A stretch of 15,996 bases of DNA from Octopus sinensis (GCF_006345805.1 NW_021825339.1:1-15996), one strand, 5' to 3'; counted from the first letter of the stretch, positions 1 to 9,204 are shown. Made by a program: numbers and translations. The notes: generated by a model not told the origin, from the sequence alone.

Positions 1-288
1 TTTTGTGTGTGTGTGTGCATATACCCATTTGTGTGTATGAGTGAGTGTGTGCGCGCAGGTGTGAGTGTATGTGTGTATGCATTCGTGTCGCATCGTAAGT
101 TTGAATAAAAGTTTGAAACTCAACAGGAAGTAGAGTTTACGATTCATAATGGCTGAATGTACTGCAAACTTTACTTCAGTTCCGCCATATTGAAGTATGG
201 CGGCACAAAATAATGACTGATAAAAGGTGTTTTTGTTAAATTGATGTTTATCACGAAACTTATTCTATCAGGCGATTTGTAGTTGTCT

Positions 289-745
289 CCATACACACAC
301 ACACACCCACCCACACATACATCAAGAGAAACACACCATATATATATATATATACACACACTCACACAGCACACCACATACATATGTATGTATATACAGA
401 TACGTGTGTGTATATATGTATATATATATATATATACAGTATATATATATATATATATATATAATAGAATATTAAAATTTCTAAGTCTCTCTTGGAGCTA
501 ATCACAGCAGCTTTATCTTATATTTATAGACTACCATATTAGCTTGGCGATAACTATTAAAATATATATATATATATAGTTCTTATTGAAACTGAAACAG
601 AATTTGTCTCAGTATGTGTGTGAGTGTATGTGTATGTGTGTGTGTGTCTGTCTGTCTGTGTCTGTGTGTCTCTCTGTGTGTGCATGTGTATACATATACA
701 TATGTGCATGACTATATACGTGTGTTTGTTTGTGCCTATATACAT
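289..745. repeat. CA/TA/TG microsatellite cluster
   Basis: Direct reading, with a short unique spacer at about 465-610. Confidence 0.88.
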
Positions 746-884
746 GAATGTTTCCTTGATAACATTTTTCTTTTTTTATTTCACTTTAAAAAAAAATTTT
801 TTTTTATTATTATTATTATTATATATTTACCCTTTATTCTCATTCCATAGTCCTTACAGTTTCAGAAAGAGATCAACATCTAAC

Positions 885-1211
885 TGTGCCCTTGACACGA
901 TACGCCAAACAGACTGGCCGATTTGCAGCGATCTACCGACATGGTGTCAAATTTACACTGGTCCAAGTTTGTCTCCTTGCCTTGGCAATTGACCAACGTT
1001 ACAGCACTATTTGATGAAAGCCTGTTGGGGACAATTAGGGGTGAACCGAATGCGAACCCCATCTGCTGGCATGCCAATATGGCAACAGTAGTACTGTTGC
1101 TTTCAACATAACAGATGTGCAACCAATTCGAACCTGATTTCACAGTTACAATACCTGCCGTAGAATTGCCAATGGTTTCCTTCCTCGTCATTTTCACTTT
1201 TGTCTCTGTAC
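885..1211 (-). CDS. Exon encoding one divergent SRCR domain (6 Cys, group A-like) of a multi-exon extracellular or receptor protein
   Basis: Translation (G)TETKVKMTRKETIGNSTAGIVTVKSGSNWLHIC...VAILACQQMGF...VNCQGKETNLDQC...DRCKSASLFGVSCQGH follows the SRCR pattern G.VEV..G.WGTVC / A.VVCRQLG / V.C.G.E..L..C / C....GV.C. The acceptor tatttattgcAG lies at 1213-1212 (phase 1). A candidate donor CA|GTTAGA at 884-879 gives a 327-nt phase 1-1 exon; otherwise the frame ends at TAG 882-880. Confidence 0.85.
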
Positions 1212-1236
1212 CTGCAATAAATATTACATTATTAAT

Positions 1237-1280
1237 ATTATATTATATTATATTATATTATATTGTATTATATTATATTA
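1237..1280. repeat. (TATTA)n pentanucleotide microsatellite
   Basis: Direct reading; it abuts the left TA of the mariner element. Confidence 0.9.
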
Positions 1281-2592
1281 TCAGGCTGAGTAAAAAATAA
1301 GCAACATTTTGAACCATGAAGAATTTGTATCAAATTTTTGCAGAGTTATGGATTTTTTAAAACATTTTTTGGCAATTGCCTGATAATAGAGGTATAGACA
1401 AATGCATCAATAAATTAACATTGATATTTTTTACAATAAGTTGAAATAGAATTGTCAAAGCGCGATATTCGAGCAGTTTTGCTACTCAACTTCAAAAAAG
1501 GGCATAACTCAGCTGAAAATGCTCACGATATTAATGAACCGTTTGGTGAGGAAATAACCAGTGAGTGATCAGCTCGAAAATGGTTTAAACGATTTTGCAG
1601 TGGAGACCTGAGCCTTGAAGATCAGCGTAGTGGACACCCATCTGTCATCAATGACAGTCATTAAAGACCATCATTGAAAAAGATCCCTGTAAAACCATTC
1701 CAGAACTGACAAAAGAACTACAAGTTAGCCAGAAAACTGCCTGCAACCATTTGATTGGAAAATCAAAAAAGCTCGACAAATGGGTACCACACAGTTTGAA
1801 TGAAAATCAGAAAATGTACAGATATGAAATTTGCTCGTCGCTTCTTCTCCGTAGCCAGACCGATCCATTTCTTTGTCGTATTGTAACCTGCTATGAAATG
1901 TGGATTCTGTGCAATAATAAAAAATGTTCTTCGCAGTGGTTGGACCAAAATGAAGCACCGGAAATCTTTCCTATACCAGAACTCTTCAGAGATTGCTGTG
2001 GTGACTGTTTGGTGGTGTACTGTTGGGACTCTCCACTATAACTTCTTAAAATCTGGAAAAACCATTACTGCAGAAACATATTGCCATGAAATTGCCAAAA
2101 TGAACGAAAAACTGCTACTCCTCCACCCCAGACTAGTCAACAAAAGAGGGCCACTCATTCTTCATGACAATGCTCAACCAAACGTTTCACTAATGACGCT
2201 TCAGAAGTTGAGAGAACTTGACTACAAAGTTCTTCCCCACCCAGCTTATTTCCCAGACCTTTCTCCTACCGACTACCACTTTTTCAAGCAAATTGATGAT
2301 TTCCTGCAAGAGAAGGAGTTCAAAAATCAAACTGATGCTGAAAGTGCATTGAAAGAGTTCATCAGCTCCAGAACTCCACATTTTTATGCTCCCGGAATAA
2401 ACTAACTTGTAACTCATTGGCAAAAACGTGCTGATTGTAATGGTACTTACTTTGATGAATAAAATGTCCTCATTGTTGAAATATACATACATACATACAT
2501 ACATTATATATATATATGTAGTTCCTCTTATTGAAATATATTGTGATGAATTTCATGTTTCAAAACGTTGCTCACTTTTTTACTCTGCTTGA
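1281..2592 (+). mobile_element. Full-length defective mariner DNA transposon (Hsmar1/cecropia-like), about 1.3 kb
   Basis: Left TIR TCAGGCTGAGTAAAAAATAAGCAACATTTTGAACCATGAA; right TIR reverse complement TCAAGCAGAGTAAAAAAGTGAGCAACGTTTTGAAACATGAA. TA duplication at 1279-1280 and 2593-2594, with a transposase pseudogene inside. Confidence 0.95.
1446..2462 (+). pseudogene. Mariner DD34D transposase pseudogene
   Basis: Fragments in several frames: IELSKRDIRAVLLLNFKKGHNSAE..WFKRFCSGDLSLEDQRSGHP, IGKSKKLDKWVPHSL, RIVTCYEMW, VTVWW, LILHDNAQP, LPHPAYFPDLSPTDYHFF, GIN*LVTHWQKRADCNGTYFDE*. It has premature stops, frameshifts, a likely ATG>ATA start loss, and the first catalytic Asp mutated (TCDE>TCYE). 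Confidence 0.95.
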
Positions 2593-2617
2593 TATTTTGT
2601 TCCATATTATGTTAATA

Positions 2618-2663
2618 GGTGCTGAACTGGCAGAATCGTTAGCACACCGGACAGAATGCTTAG
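2618..2663 (+). mobile_element. 5' fragment (tRNA-like head) of SINE family B
   Basis: GGTGCTGAACTGGCAGAATCGTTAGCACACCGGACAGAATGCTTAG matches the head of the copy starting at 10683. Confidence 0.8.
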
Positions 2664-2798
2664 AGACACCGGGAGCACCAATACGAACAGCGAAAAAAAA
2701 CAAACAAACAAAAACGAGACATGCAACATAAAGAACATTTCCTTCATCAGTTGTCCCCTGTTTTATCTACTCCGCGTTTATATATATATATATATATA

Positions 2799-2990
2799 TT
2801 CTTTTATTCTTTTACTGGTTTCAGTCATTTGGCTGCAGCCTTTAGTTGAGCAAATCTACCACAGCACTTATTTTTTGTAAGCCTAGTACTTATTCAATCA
2901 GTCTCTTTTGACGAACCGCTAAATTACAGAGACGTAAACATACCAGCATCTGTTGTCAAGCGACAGTGGAGGACACACAAACACACTGAC

Positions 2991-3027
<37 letters not shown>

Positions 3028-3188
3028 CACACGACGGGCTTCTTTCAGTTTCCATCTACCAAATCTACTCACAAGGCTTTGATCGGCCCGAGGCTACAGT
3101 AGAAGTCACTCGCCCAAGGTGTCACGCAATAGGACTGAACCCAGAACCATGCGGTTGGTTATCAAGCTACTTGCCACACAACCACTTT
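2799..3188 (-). mobile_element. tRNA-derived SINE, family A (CORE-like segment, internal TA/TG microsatellite)
   Basis: Reverse-complement homology along its length to the copy at 8649-9040, including the tail GTAAAAGAATAAAAG. Confidence 0.9.
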
Positions 3189-3280
3189 ATATAATAAGTA
3201 ATTATAATCCATGATTGGAATTTATAAATATTTTAATGCATCGCAATGCAATAAGATATTTATAAATATCATCCAAGCAT

Positions 3281-3312
3281 CATTATTATTATTAATTATT
3301 ATTATTATTATA

Positions 3313-3345
<33 letters not shown>

Positions 3346-3426
3346 GTTGTTGTTGTTGTTATTATTACTGTTATTAATATTATTATTATTATTATTATTC
3401 ATACTACTACTATTAATATTACTATT

Positions 3427-3460
<34 letters not shown>

Positions 3461-3590
3461 CTATTACTATTATTATTATTATTACTATTACTATTATTAT
3501 TATTATTATCATCATTATCATCATCATTATTATTACTATCATTATTATTATTGTTATTATTATTATTATGAGTACTACTACTAGTATATC
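3281..3590. repeat. Compound (ATT/ACT/ATC/GTT)n trinucleotide array
   Basis: Direct reading; explains the poly-Ile and poly-Leu ORFs. Confidence 0.95.
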
Positions 3591-3935
3591 TATCAGTAGA
3601 GCTCAGGGCAACCCTAAAACGCTGTTATTGCCAGTTGACATCGTTAGGTTTAACAGCAGACACTTGCTCTTACAAACACATATACGCAGACATACACACA
3701 CGCACGCATATACACATAAACATATATACCCGCATACCCCAATGTCAATGGTGTATGTAAAGTGTATCAGCTGTTCTATTTTAGTACACAACGCTGTCTT
3801 ACACTCTTCTGGTAACTAGTGTATACAAATAAACACTTCCGCTCGTTGACATGCTACATATACATACACCCTCACGTACATACATGCAAGTTGACATACA
3901 TATGTTGATGCACACACGTACTTACACACACAGAC

Positions 3936-3936
<1 letters not shown>

Positions 3937-4025
<89 letters not shown>

Positions 4026-4031
4026 ATAGAG
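3937..4031. repeat. (GATA)n tetranucleotide microsatellite
   Basis: About 20 near-perfect copies. Confidence 0.97.
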
Positions 4032-4455
4032 ATGAAAATTATAATGTATAAGAATGTAGCACGCGTATTTTCGATGCTATTTGCTGCCTAAATATGCATT
4101 AATTTTAGCGCCCTCCCAGAAGAATTACAGAGGGCAAATTAATTTATTTTGCACATTGATACAGAAACTCGAGCATGAGGGTAACTACAAATATTTTTTT
4201 CTCATACCCTCTGAAATTGCTCTTATTCGTGGTTTGGGGTTTAACTGCCCTTGCTAGCATGTAAGGTGTCCTGTCAAATGTCACCCCATTCGTGTATAGA
4301 TACGTAAATTGTTTATACACTATCATGTATGAAAATAAGAAATGCCGTTTGACTTGCTAAGGATTCGGTCAGCTTGCTGTCTTAAATAATATAACTGTAA
4401 GAATATAGACGGACAATACACAAATTAAATCATAAACTTACAAACACACACACAC

Positions 4456-4526
4456 GCACACACACATACACATGAGAGCGCGCGCGCACACACACATACA
4501 CATGAGAGCGCGCGCGCACACACACA
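4456..4526. repeat. 30-bp tandem duplication (gcacacacacatacacatgagagcgcgcgc) x about 2.3
   Basis: Exact 30-nt periodicity in the sequence. Confidence 0.9.
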
Positions 4527-4549
4527 CGTACATATTCGCCATGCTGGAC

Positions 4550-4738
4550 CGCTGAAACCTATGAGTGTTTTTTTCATTCTATCTCTATTTATTTTCTCTT
4601 ATTCCTTTCTGTTGAAGAGCGTAGGCTCGAAATATAAAATACTTTTTTTTCATTTTCTCATGCGTCAAACTAATACACTTGCTTGTTGTTCTTACACCTG
4701 TCTTCGTATTTTGTTTTTCTATAAATTTCAACGATATC
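4550..4738 (+). mobile_element. Probable interspersed-repeat fragment, possibly a Penelope-like terminal region
   Basis: Contains CTGTTGAA-GAGC-GTAG-GCTC-GAAA, resembling the minimal hammerhead motifs of Penelope-like element termini. I recall it as a common octopus repeat, but there is no second copy in this window. Confidence 0.45.
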
Positions 4739-4934
4739 TTATATACATATATACATACATAATACATATATATATATATTATATATATATATATTATATA
4801 TATATATATATATAATATGTATATATAATATATGTATATGTATGAATGTATGTATATATGTATGCGTATAAATATGTATACATATATTCACATTTATATA
4901 TAGATATATGAATTAGTATATATGTACATACATA

Positions 4935-5281
4935 CACGCACACATCCTTCAAGCCTTAGATATACACCTAAATACACTCACAGACGCGCATACACGTACA
5001 CGCACACGTACACACACATACACACACACACGCACACACACACACATACGCACACATACACACTAAACCACTCACATCTGCAAACACACGTGCACCAAAT
5101 TTAAGTCGCTAATATAGGAGACAGCCTCATCCTGTTTATAAATACATTATGGAGTTATTGCTGTGACCTCCTGCAGATGTGAAATTAGGACACTGCATTG
5201 AAATATGCAGTAATGCATACGCTGATGCACCTGGTAGTCAGTTCCAGGAGGAAGTTGCAATTAGAAGGATGGGTAACAGGG
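4935..5281 (+). repeat. Left arm of long inverted repeat (core 5097-5263)
   Basis: Ungapped reverse-complement match to 6132-6298 with 15 mismatches in 167 nt by manual alignment; looser CA-rich homology extends outward. Confidence 0.92.
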
Positions 5282-5340
5282 TGGGCAGTGGTAAAATTAA
5301 GGACTATGGTGTTCTTACAGCAAATCTAGCCATCCTTTCG

Positions 5341-5545
5341 TACATACATGCATACATATACATACATACATACACACACACACATATGCCTACATACATA
5401 CATACACATACATACACACATTCAAACATACATGCATACATACATACATACATACATACATACATACATACATACATACATACATACATACATACATACA
5501 CATACACACACATATACATACATATACACAAACACATGTACATAC
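5341..5545. repeat. (TACA)n/CA-rich microsatellite
   Basis: Direct reading. Confidence 0.92.
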
Positions 5546-5760
5546 CACCTGTAATTATGGAACACTAGTATGTGCAACAAACTGCCTCGGCACTAATGTT
5601 GCGAAGTTGCGGTTATAAAACCGGACAAGAGAAAGCTAATTAAAAGATTACAAATATAAGTCATCAATGGAACAGTCAAAATATGTAAAACCTTGCAAAA
5701 GTTCAGCATATAAGTACACACATACTCTAGACATGCAACCCAACATCACTTAACAACCGA

Positions 5761-5846
5761 TCCTGGGGTCGATTTGCTCGACTAAATGCGGTGCTCCAGC
5801 ATGGCCACAGTCAAATGACTGAAACAAGTAAAAGAGTAAAAGAGTA
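5761..5846 (+). mobile_element. 3' fragment of SINE family A
   Basis: TCCTGGGGTCGATTTGCTCGACTAAA..GTGCTCCAGCATGGCC..GAAACAAGTAAAAGAGTAAAAGAG matches 8965-9037. Confidence 0.9.
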
Positions 5847-5860
5847 ATACATACATACAT

Positions 5861-6056
5861 GACTGGCATTCCGTCGGTTACGACGACGTAGGTTCCAGTT
5901 GATCGGATCAACGGAACAGCCTGCTCGTGAAATTAATGTCCAGGAGACTGAGTACTCCGCAGACACACGTACCCTTAATGTAGTTCTCAGGGAGATTCAG
6001 CGCGACACAGAATGTGACGAGGCTGGCCCTTTGAAATACACGTACTACTCCAGCTG
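5861..6056 (-). mobile_element. Probable 3' part of another octopus SINE or retroposon
   Basis: A more GC-rich block (TGGCATTCCGTCGGTTACGACGAC..GATTCAGCGCGACACAGAATGTGAC) between TACA tracts. I recall it as an abundant octopus repeat; the strand is from recollection and cannot be verified here. Confidence 0.55.
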
Positions 6057-6114
6057 CATGGACATACATATATACACATATACATACATACTTTTCTCGT
6101 ACGCTCGCCATAAT

Positions 6115-6470
6115 CCGGTTACTCACTCCTATAATTGCAACTTCCTACTGGAACTGTCTACTGAGTGCAACCACGTATGCATTACTGCATATTTCAATGC
6201 AGTGTCTTAATTTCACATCCGCAGGAGGCCACAGCAATAACTCCATAATGTGTGTATAAACAGGATGAGGCTATCTCCTATATTAGCGCCTTAAATTTTA
6301 TGCGTGTATCTTAGTAGTCGAGGGTGAGTGGTTAAATGTCTGCGGGCGCGCCTGTGTCTGTGTTCTTTTACGTGTATATGTGTGTATATGTGTGTATGTG
6401 TGCGTACGTGTGTTTGTGTGAGTGCGTGCGTTCACGTGTATATCTATTTTTTTAAATATGTGTGCGAGCA
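6115..6470 (-). repeat. Right arm of long inverted repeat (core 6132-6298)
   Basis: Reverse complement of 5097-5263, with partial homology continuing outward. Confidence 0.92.
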
Positions 6471-6748
6471 TCTCATTGGGATTCGATCCTGACAACATGA
6501 AGGAACTGCTTTCGCCAATCTTGCACTGCGTATCTTTCAGTGAGTGCCACCCTTTAAGTGTGTACCGCCATCCGAGCCCCGCTACCTTACGCTACTGGTG
6601 TTTTTATCAAATTTCTAGCAGCTATATAAAGTGTTTATATCATAATCGCATTCTCAGCTCACAAATAGAGAGGTATTATAGTTTAAGGACATTTTGTTTA
6701 TCTCTGGTTTCCCTTAATACCGTGTTTAATGGCATATACGACGCATAG

Positions 6749-6846
6749 TTTCTTCTTCTTCTTCTTCTTCTTCTTCTTCTTCTTCTTCTTCTTCTTCTTC
6801 TTCTTCTTCTTCTTCTTCTTCTTCCTTCTCCTTTTCTTCTTCTCCT
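6749..6846. repeat. (TTC)n microsatellite
   Basis: About 25 perfect copies followed by a degenerate stretch. Confidence 0.97.
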
Positions 6847-6882
6847 CAGAAATCCCCCCTATCCTATTCGAAGTTGGAGCAA

Positions 6883-7109
6883 TATTGATTTCAAATTTCA
6901 ACGCAAGGCTAGCAATATCGTGTGATGGTGAGGGTGGGAGGTAAGTCAATTACATCGACCCTAGTGTTTCACTGGTACTTAATTTATCGACCCCGAAAGG
7001 ATGGCAGGCAAAGTCAACCTCGGCGGTATTTGAACTCAGAATGTAAAAACGGACGAAATGCTGCTAAGCATTTGCCAGGCGTGCTAACGATTCTGCTAGA
7101 TCACCGCCT
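6883..7109 (-). mobile_element. tRNA-derived SINE, family B monomer
   Basis: Reverse complement matches 10683-10850: head GGCGGTGATCTAGCAGAATCGTTAGCAC, B box GAGTTCAAATACC, and central CTTTGCC..CATCCTTTCGGGGTCGATAAATTAAGTACCAG. Confidence 0.9.
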
Positions 7110-7642
7110 TAAGTTGGCCCTACATTACAAGCTTTAATGCACTAAAAAATGTTTTCCTAAATATGCACAGCTGAAATTGGGGTGCGTCTAATACGCCCGT
7201 GCGTCTTTTACGCCATCAAATATGGTGAGCATGACATATATTTTATATAATTAGTAAAAGTTTATGGTTTTATGTATAACGAATAGGTACCTAAACATAC
7301 CCTAACACTGTTTGAAGATCGGTATCTTATTACAGAGGTAAAGCATGAACAGTGTATCAAAGGAAAATTTGATTATATAAGTTTTCCATCGAGGTCTCTA
7401 CACCTTTCATGTCCTTCATTTGAAGGTGGTCCTTGTTTGTTACCGATAATTTGTAGGGTGTTATGGTTTATGCCTAAGAAATATTGTTGTGTGTGTGTGT
7501 GTGTGTTTTGGGGCGGAGGGAGAGAAAGCGAGAGAGAGTAAAACAGAAATGAAAGCATTAACCTAACGTTTTCATATGAATCATAATAATGATTTCCGCG
7601 ATGTCAACAACCTGCGTGATATCAGTTTATCTCAAGTATTTT

Positions 7643-8085
7643 GGATCCAATCAGACGATGGCAACGAGAAATGGGAATTTGTTCCCAGAATTCTTTGATG
7701 CCATTCAACAAATTGTTGAGATTTAACTGTTTCTGAGCTTTGATGTCATAATCGACTTCGTTCCACAAATTTTTCGATCTTTGACGAGGTTTCTCAGCTT
7801 TGATACTATGATCAGATTGATTCAATCAGTTTTAAGATTGCGGATTGAATGGATCAGAACATTAGACCTATTTTCCGTTCTGAAATGAATTGCTTCACTC
7901 AAGCATTAGCGTGTTTGACGTCATAGTCATGCACCAGTATCCATTTGAGCATCGAATGGTTATCGGAGCAGAGTACAAAAGCGTCTTTTCAAAGAATGTG
8001 TTTGAACATTTCTTGATCGATGTGATGTTGATACAATGAGTTGGAGCCAAGACCTTGAGACAAGAAACCTCCCCAGGTCATGTTC
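7643..8085 (-). pseudogene. Tc1-family DD34E transposase relic (C-terminal catalytic half)
   Basis: Minus-strand translation NMTWGGFLSQGLG..FKHIL*..WILVHDYDVKHA..*SIQSAILKLIESI*, then NLWNEVDYDIK..NLNNLLNGIKEFWEQIPISRCHRLIGS. This matches Tc1 motifs MVWGCF, FQHDNDPKH, WPSQSPDLNPIE.LW and L...W..IP...C..LI.SM, with many stops. Confidence 0.85.
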
Positions 8086-8648
8086 CTGTAAGGAAGGATG
8101 GCATTCAGAATTGAAAAGGGAACCGACAAAATGTTAGTTTAATAAAATTAATGTGGCTTTAAGCTTTTAAACCTTGTCCAACACCATGCAAAGGAAGAAT
8201 TATATGCCGCAAAAGTTTATATCGTCTCGCTACTAAAGGGATGGTTAAGCGAAAAATGTTTTTTTCTTCAATTTCGGGGATCCTATTAATTGTCAGCTTG
8301 AGAACCACTGCTTTAGTAGCGTTTCCTCTTCATGCGGCAGAGCAATGTGCTGCCATATTATGGTCACAGAACCCTTCCATTTCTTTATAATGTCAAAACC
8401 AGAATATTTTGTCAAACACCATGGACTCATCTGGAATCATGAATTTCAACAACTTTAACAAAAATTTAATTTGAGGTTCAAAACTTATTGAGTTAGTTTT
8501 AGCTTCAGATCAGCTTAGATGTTCCTTTAAGTGTTATGATGTGAAAATAGAAAATAGTTGATACTAGAATATGTAAAATAAGAGAGAATTAAGGAAGAAA
8601 GGAAAGGTGAATAGGTAGATAGATAGATAGATAGAGACAAACATTGTA

Positions 8649-9040
8649 GGCGTAGGAGTGGCTGTGTGGTAAGTAGCTTGCTTACGAACCACATGGTTCC
8701 AGGTTCAGTCCCACTGCGAGGCACCTTGGGCAAGTGTCGTCTACTATAGCCTCGGGCCAACCAAAGCCTTGTGAGTGGATTTGGTAGACGGAAACTGAAA
8801 GAAGCCCGTCGTATATATATGTATATATATATAGAGAGAGTGTGTTTATGTTTGTGTGTCTGTGTTTGTTCCCCCAACATCGCTTGACAACCGGTGCTGG
8901 TGTGTTTACGTCCCCGTAACAAAAAGAGACCGACAGAATAAGTACTGGGCTTTCAAAGAATAAGTCCTGGGGTCGTTTGCTCGACTAAAGGTGGTGCTCC
9001 AGCATGGCACAGCCAAATTACCGAAACAAGTAAAAGATAG
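8649..9040 (+). mobile_element. tRNA-derived SINE, family A, full length
   Basis: A box TGGCTGTGTGG, B box GGTTCAGTCCC, CORE-like CACCTTGGGCAAGTG, internal (TA)/(TG) tract, and tail GAAACAAGTAAAAGA. Four other copies or fragments occur in the window. Confidence 0.93.
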
Positions 9041-9043
<3 letters not shown>

Positions 9044-9072
<29 letters not shown>

Positions 9073-9204
9073 CACACGTACATACATACATACAAACATA
9101 CATACATAGAACGAAAGAAAGAAAGGGAGGAAGGAAGGAAGGAAGGAGGAAAAAGAAAGAAAGAAAGAAAGAAAGAGAAAGAAAGAAAGAAAGAAAGAAA
9201 GAAA
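9044..9204. repeat. (TACA)n followed by (GGAA/GAAA)n
   Basis: Direct reading. Confidence 0.93.

Larger units (their letters stand above)
6720..7225. mobile_element. Non-autonomous Tc1/mariner-superfamily MITE (Tc2-like TIR) with nested SINE and TTC array
   Basis: Left TA|CCGTGTTTAATGGCATATACGACGCA versus right reverse complement CCATATTTGATGGCGTAAAAGACGCA (20/26 identical). The right flank is TG (decayed TA). A subterminal motif GTGCGTCT..TACGCC is repeated at 7182-7214. Confidence 0.75.

Noticed and set aside
283-850. ORFs rich in HT/YI/CV dipeptides, here and throughout 4500-5570, 9200-9980, 12400-13200 and 14090-15993
   Set aside because: They are translations of CA/TA/TG microsatellites with no domain content.
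2731-2760. Minus-strand CTGATGA followed by an AGGAA/TTCTT hairpin (hammerhead-like)
   Set aside because: The required GAAA after helix II is absent (TATG instead), and there is no credible helix I or III.
3211-3819. 202-aa poly-Ile 'membrane protein' ORF
   Set aside because: Artefact of the (ATT)n array.
4208-4319. Possible minus-strand exon VYKQFTYLYTNGVTFDRTPYMLARAVKPQTTNKSNFRG (AG at 4321-4320, donor GTATGA at 4207)
   Set aside because: It would end in phase 2, incompatible with direct splicing to the phase-1 SRCR acceptor, and the peptide is unrecognised. It is not excluded without RNA data.
5179-5340. ORF start MKLGHCIEICSNAYADAPGSQFQEEVAIRR
   Set aside because: It lies in the inverted-repeat arm, has a GTG start just after an in-frame stop, and runs into a TACA repeat.
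6470-6540. B-box-like GGATCGAATCCCA on the minus strand, suggesting a tRNA
   Set aside because: No cloverleaf or acceptor stem can be built; at most a decayed SINE head.
8527-8922. Recurrent peptide RASFSFRLPNPLT..RGYSRRHLPKVPRSGTEP in several ORFs
   Set aside because: It is the antisense translation of SINE family A, not a gene family.
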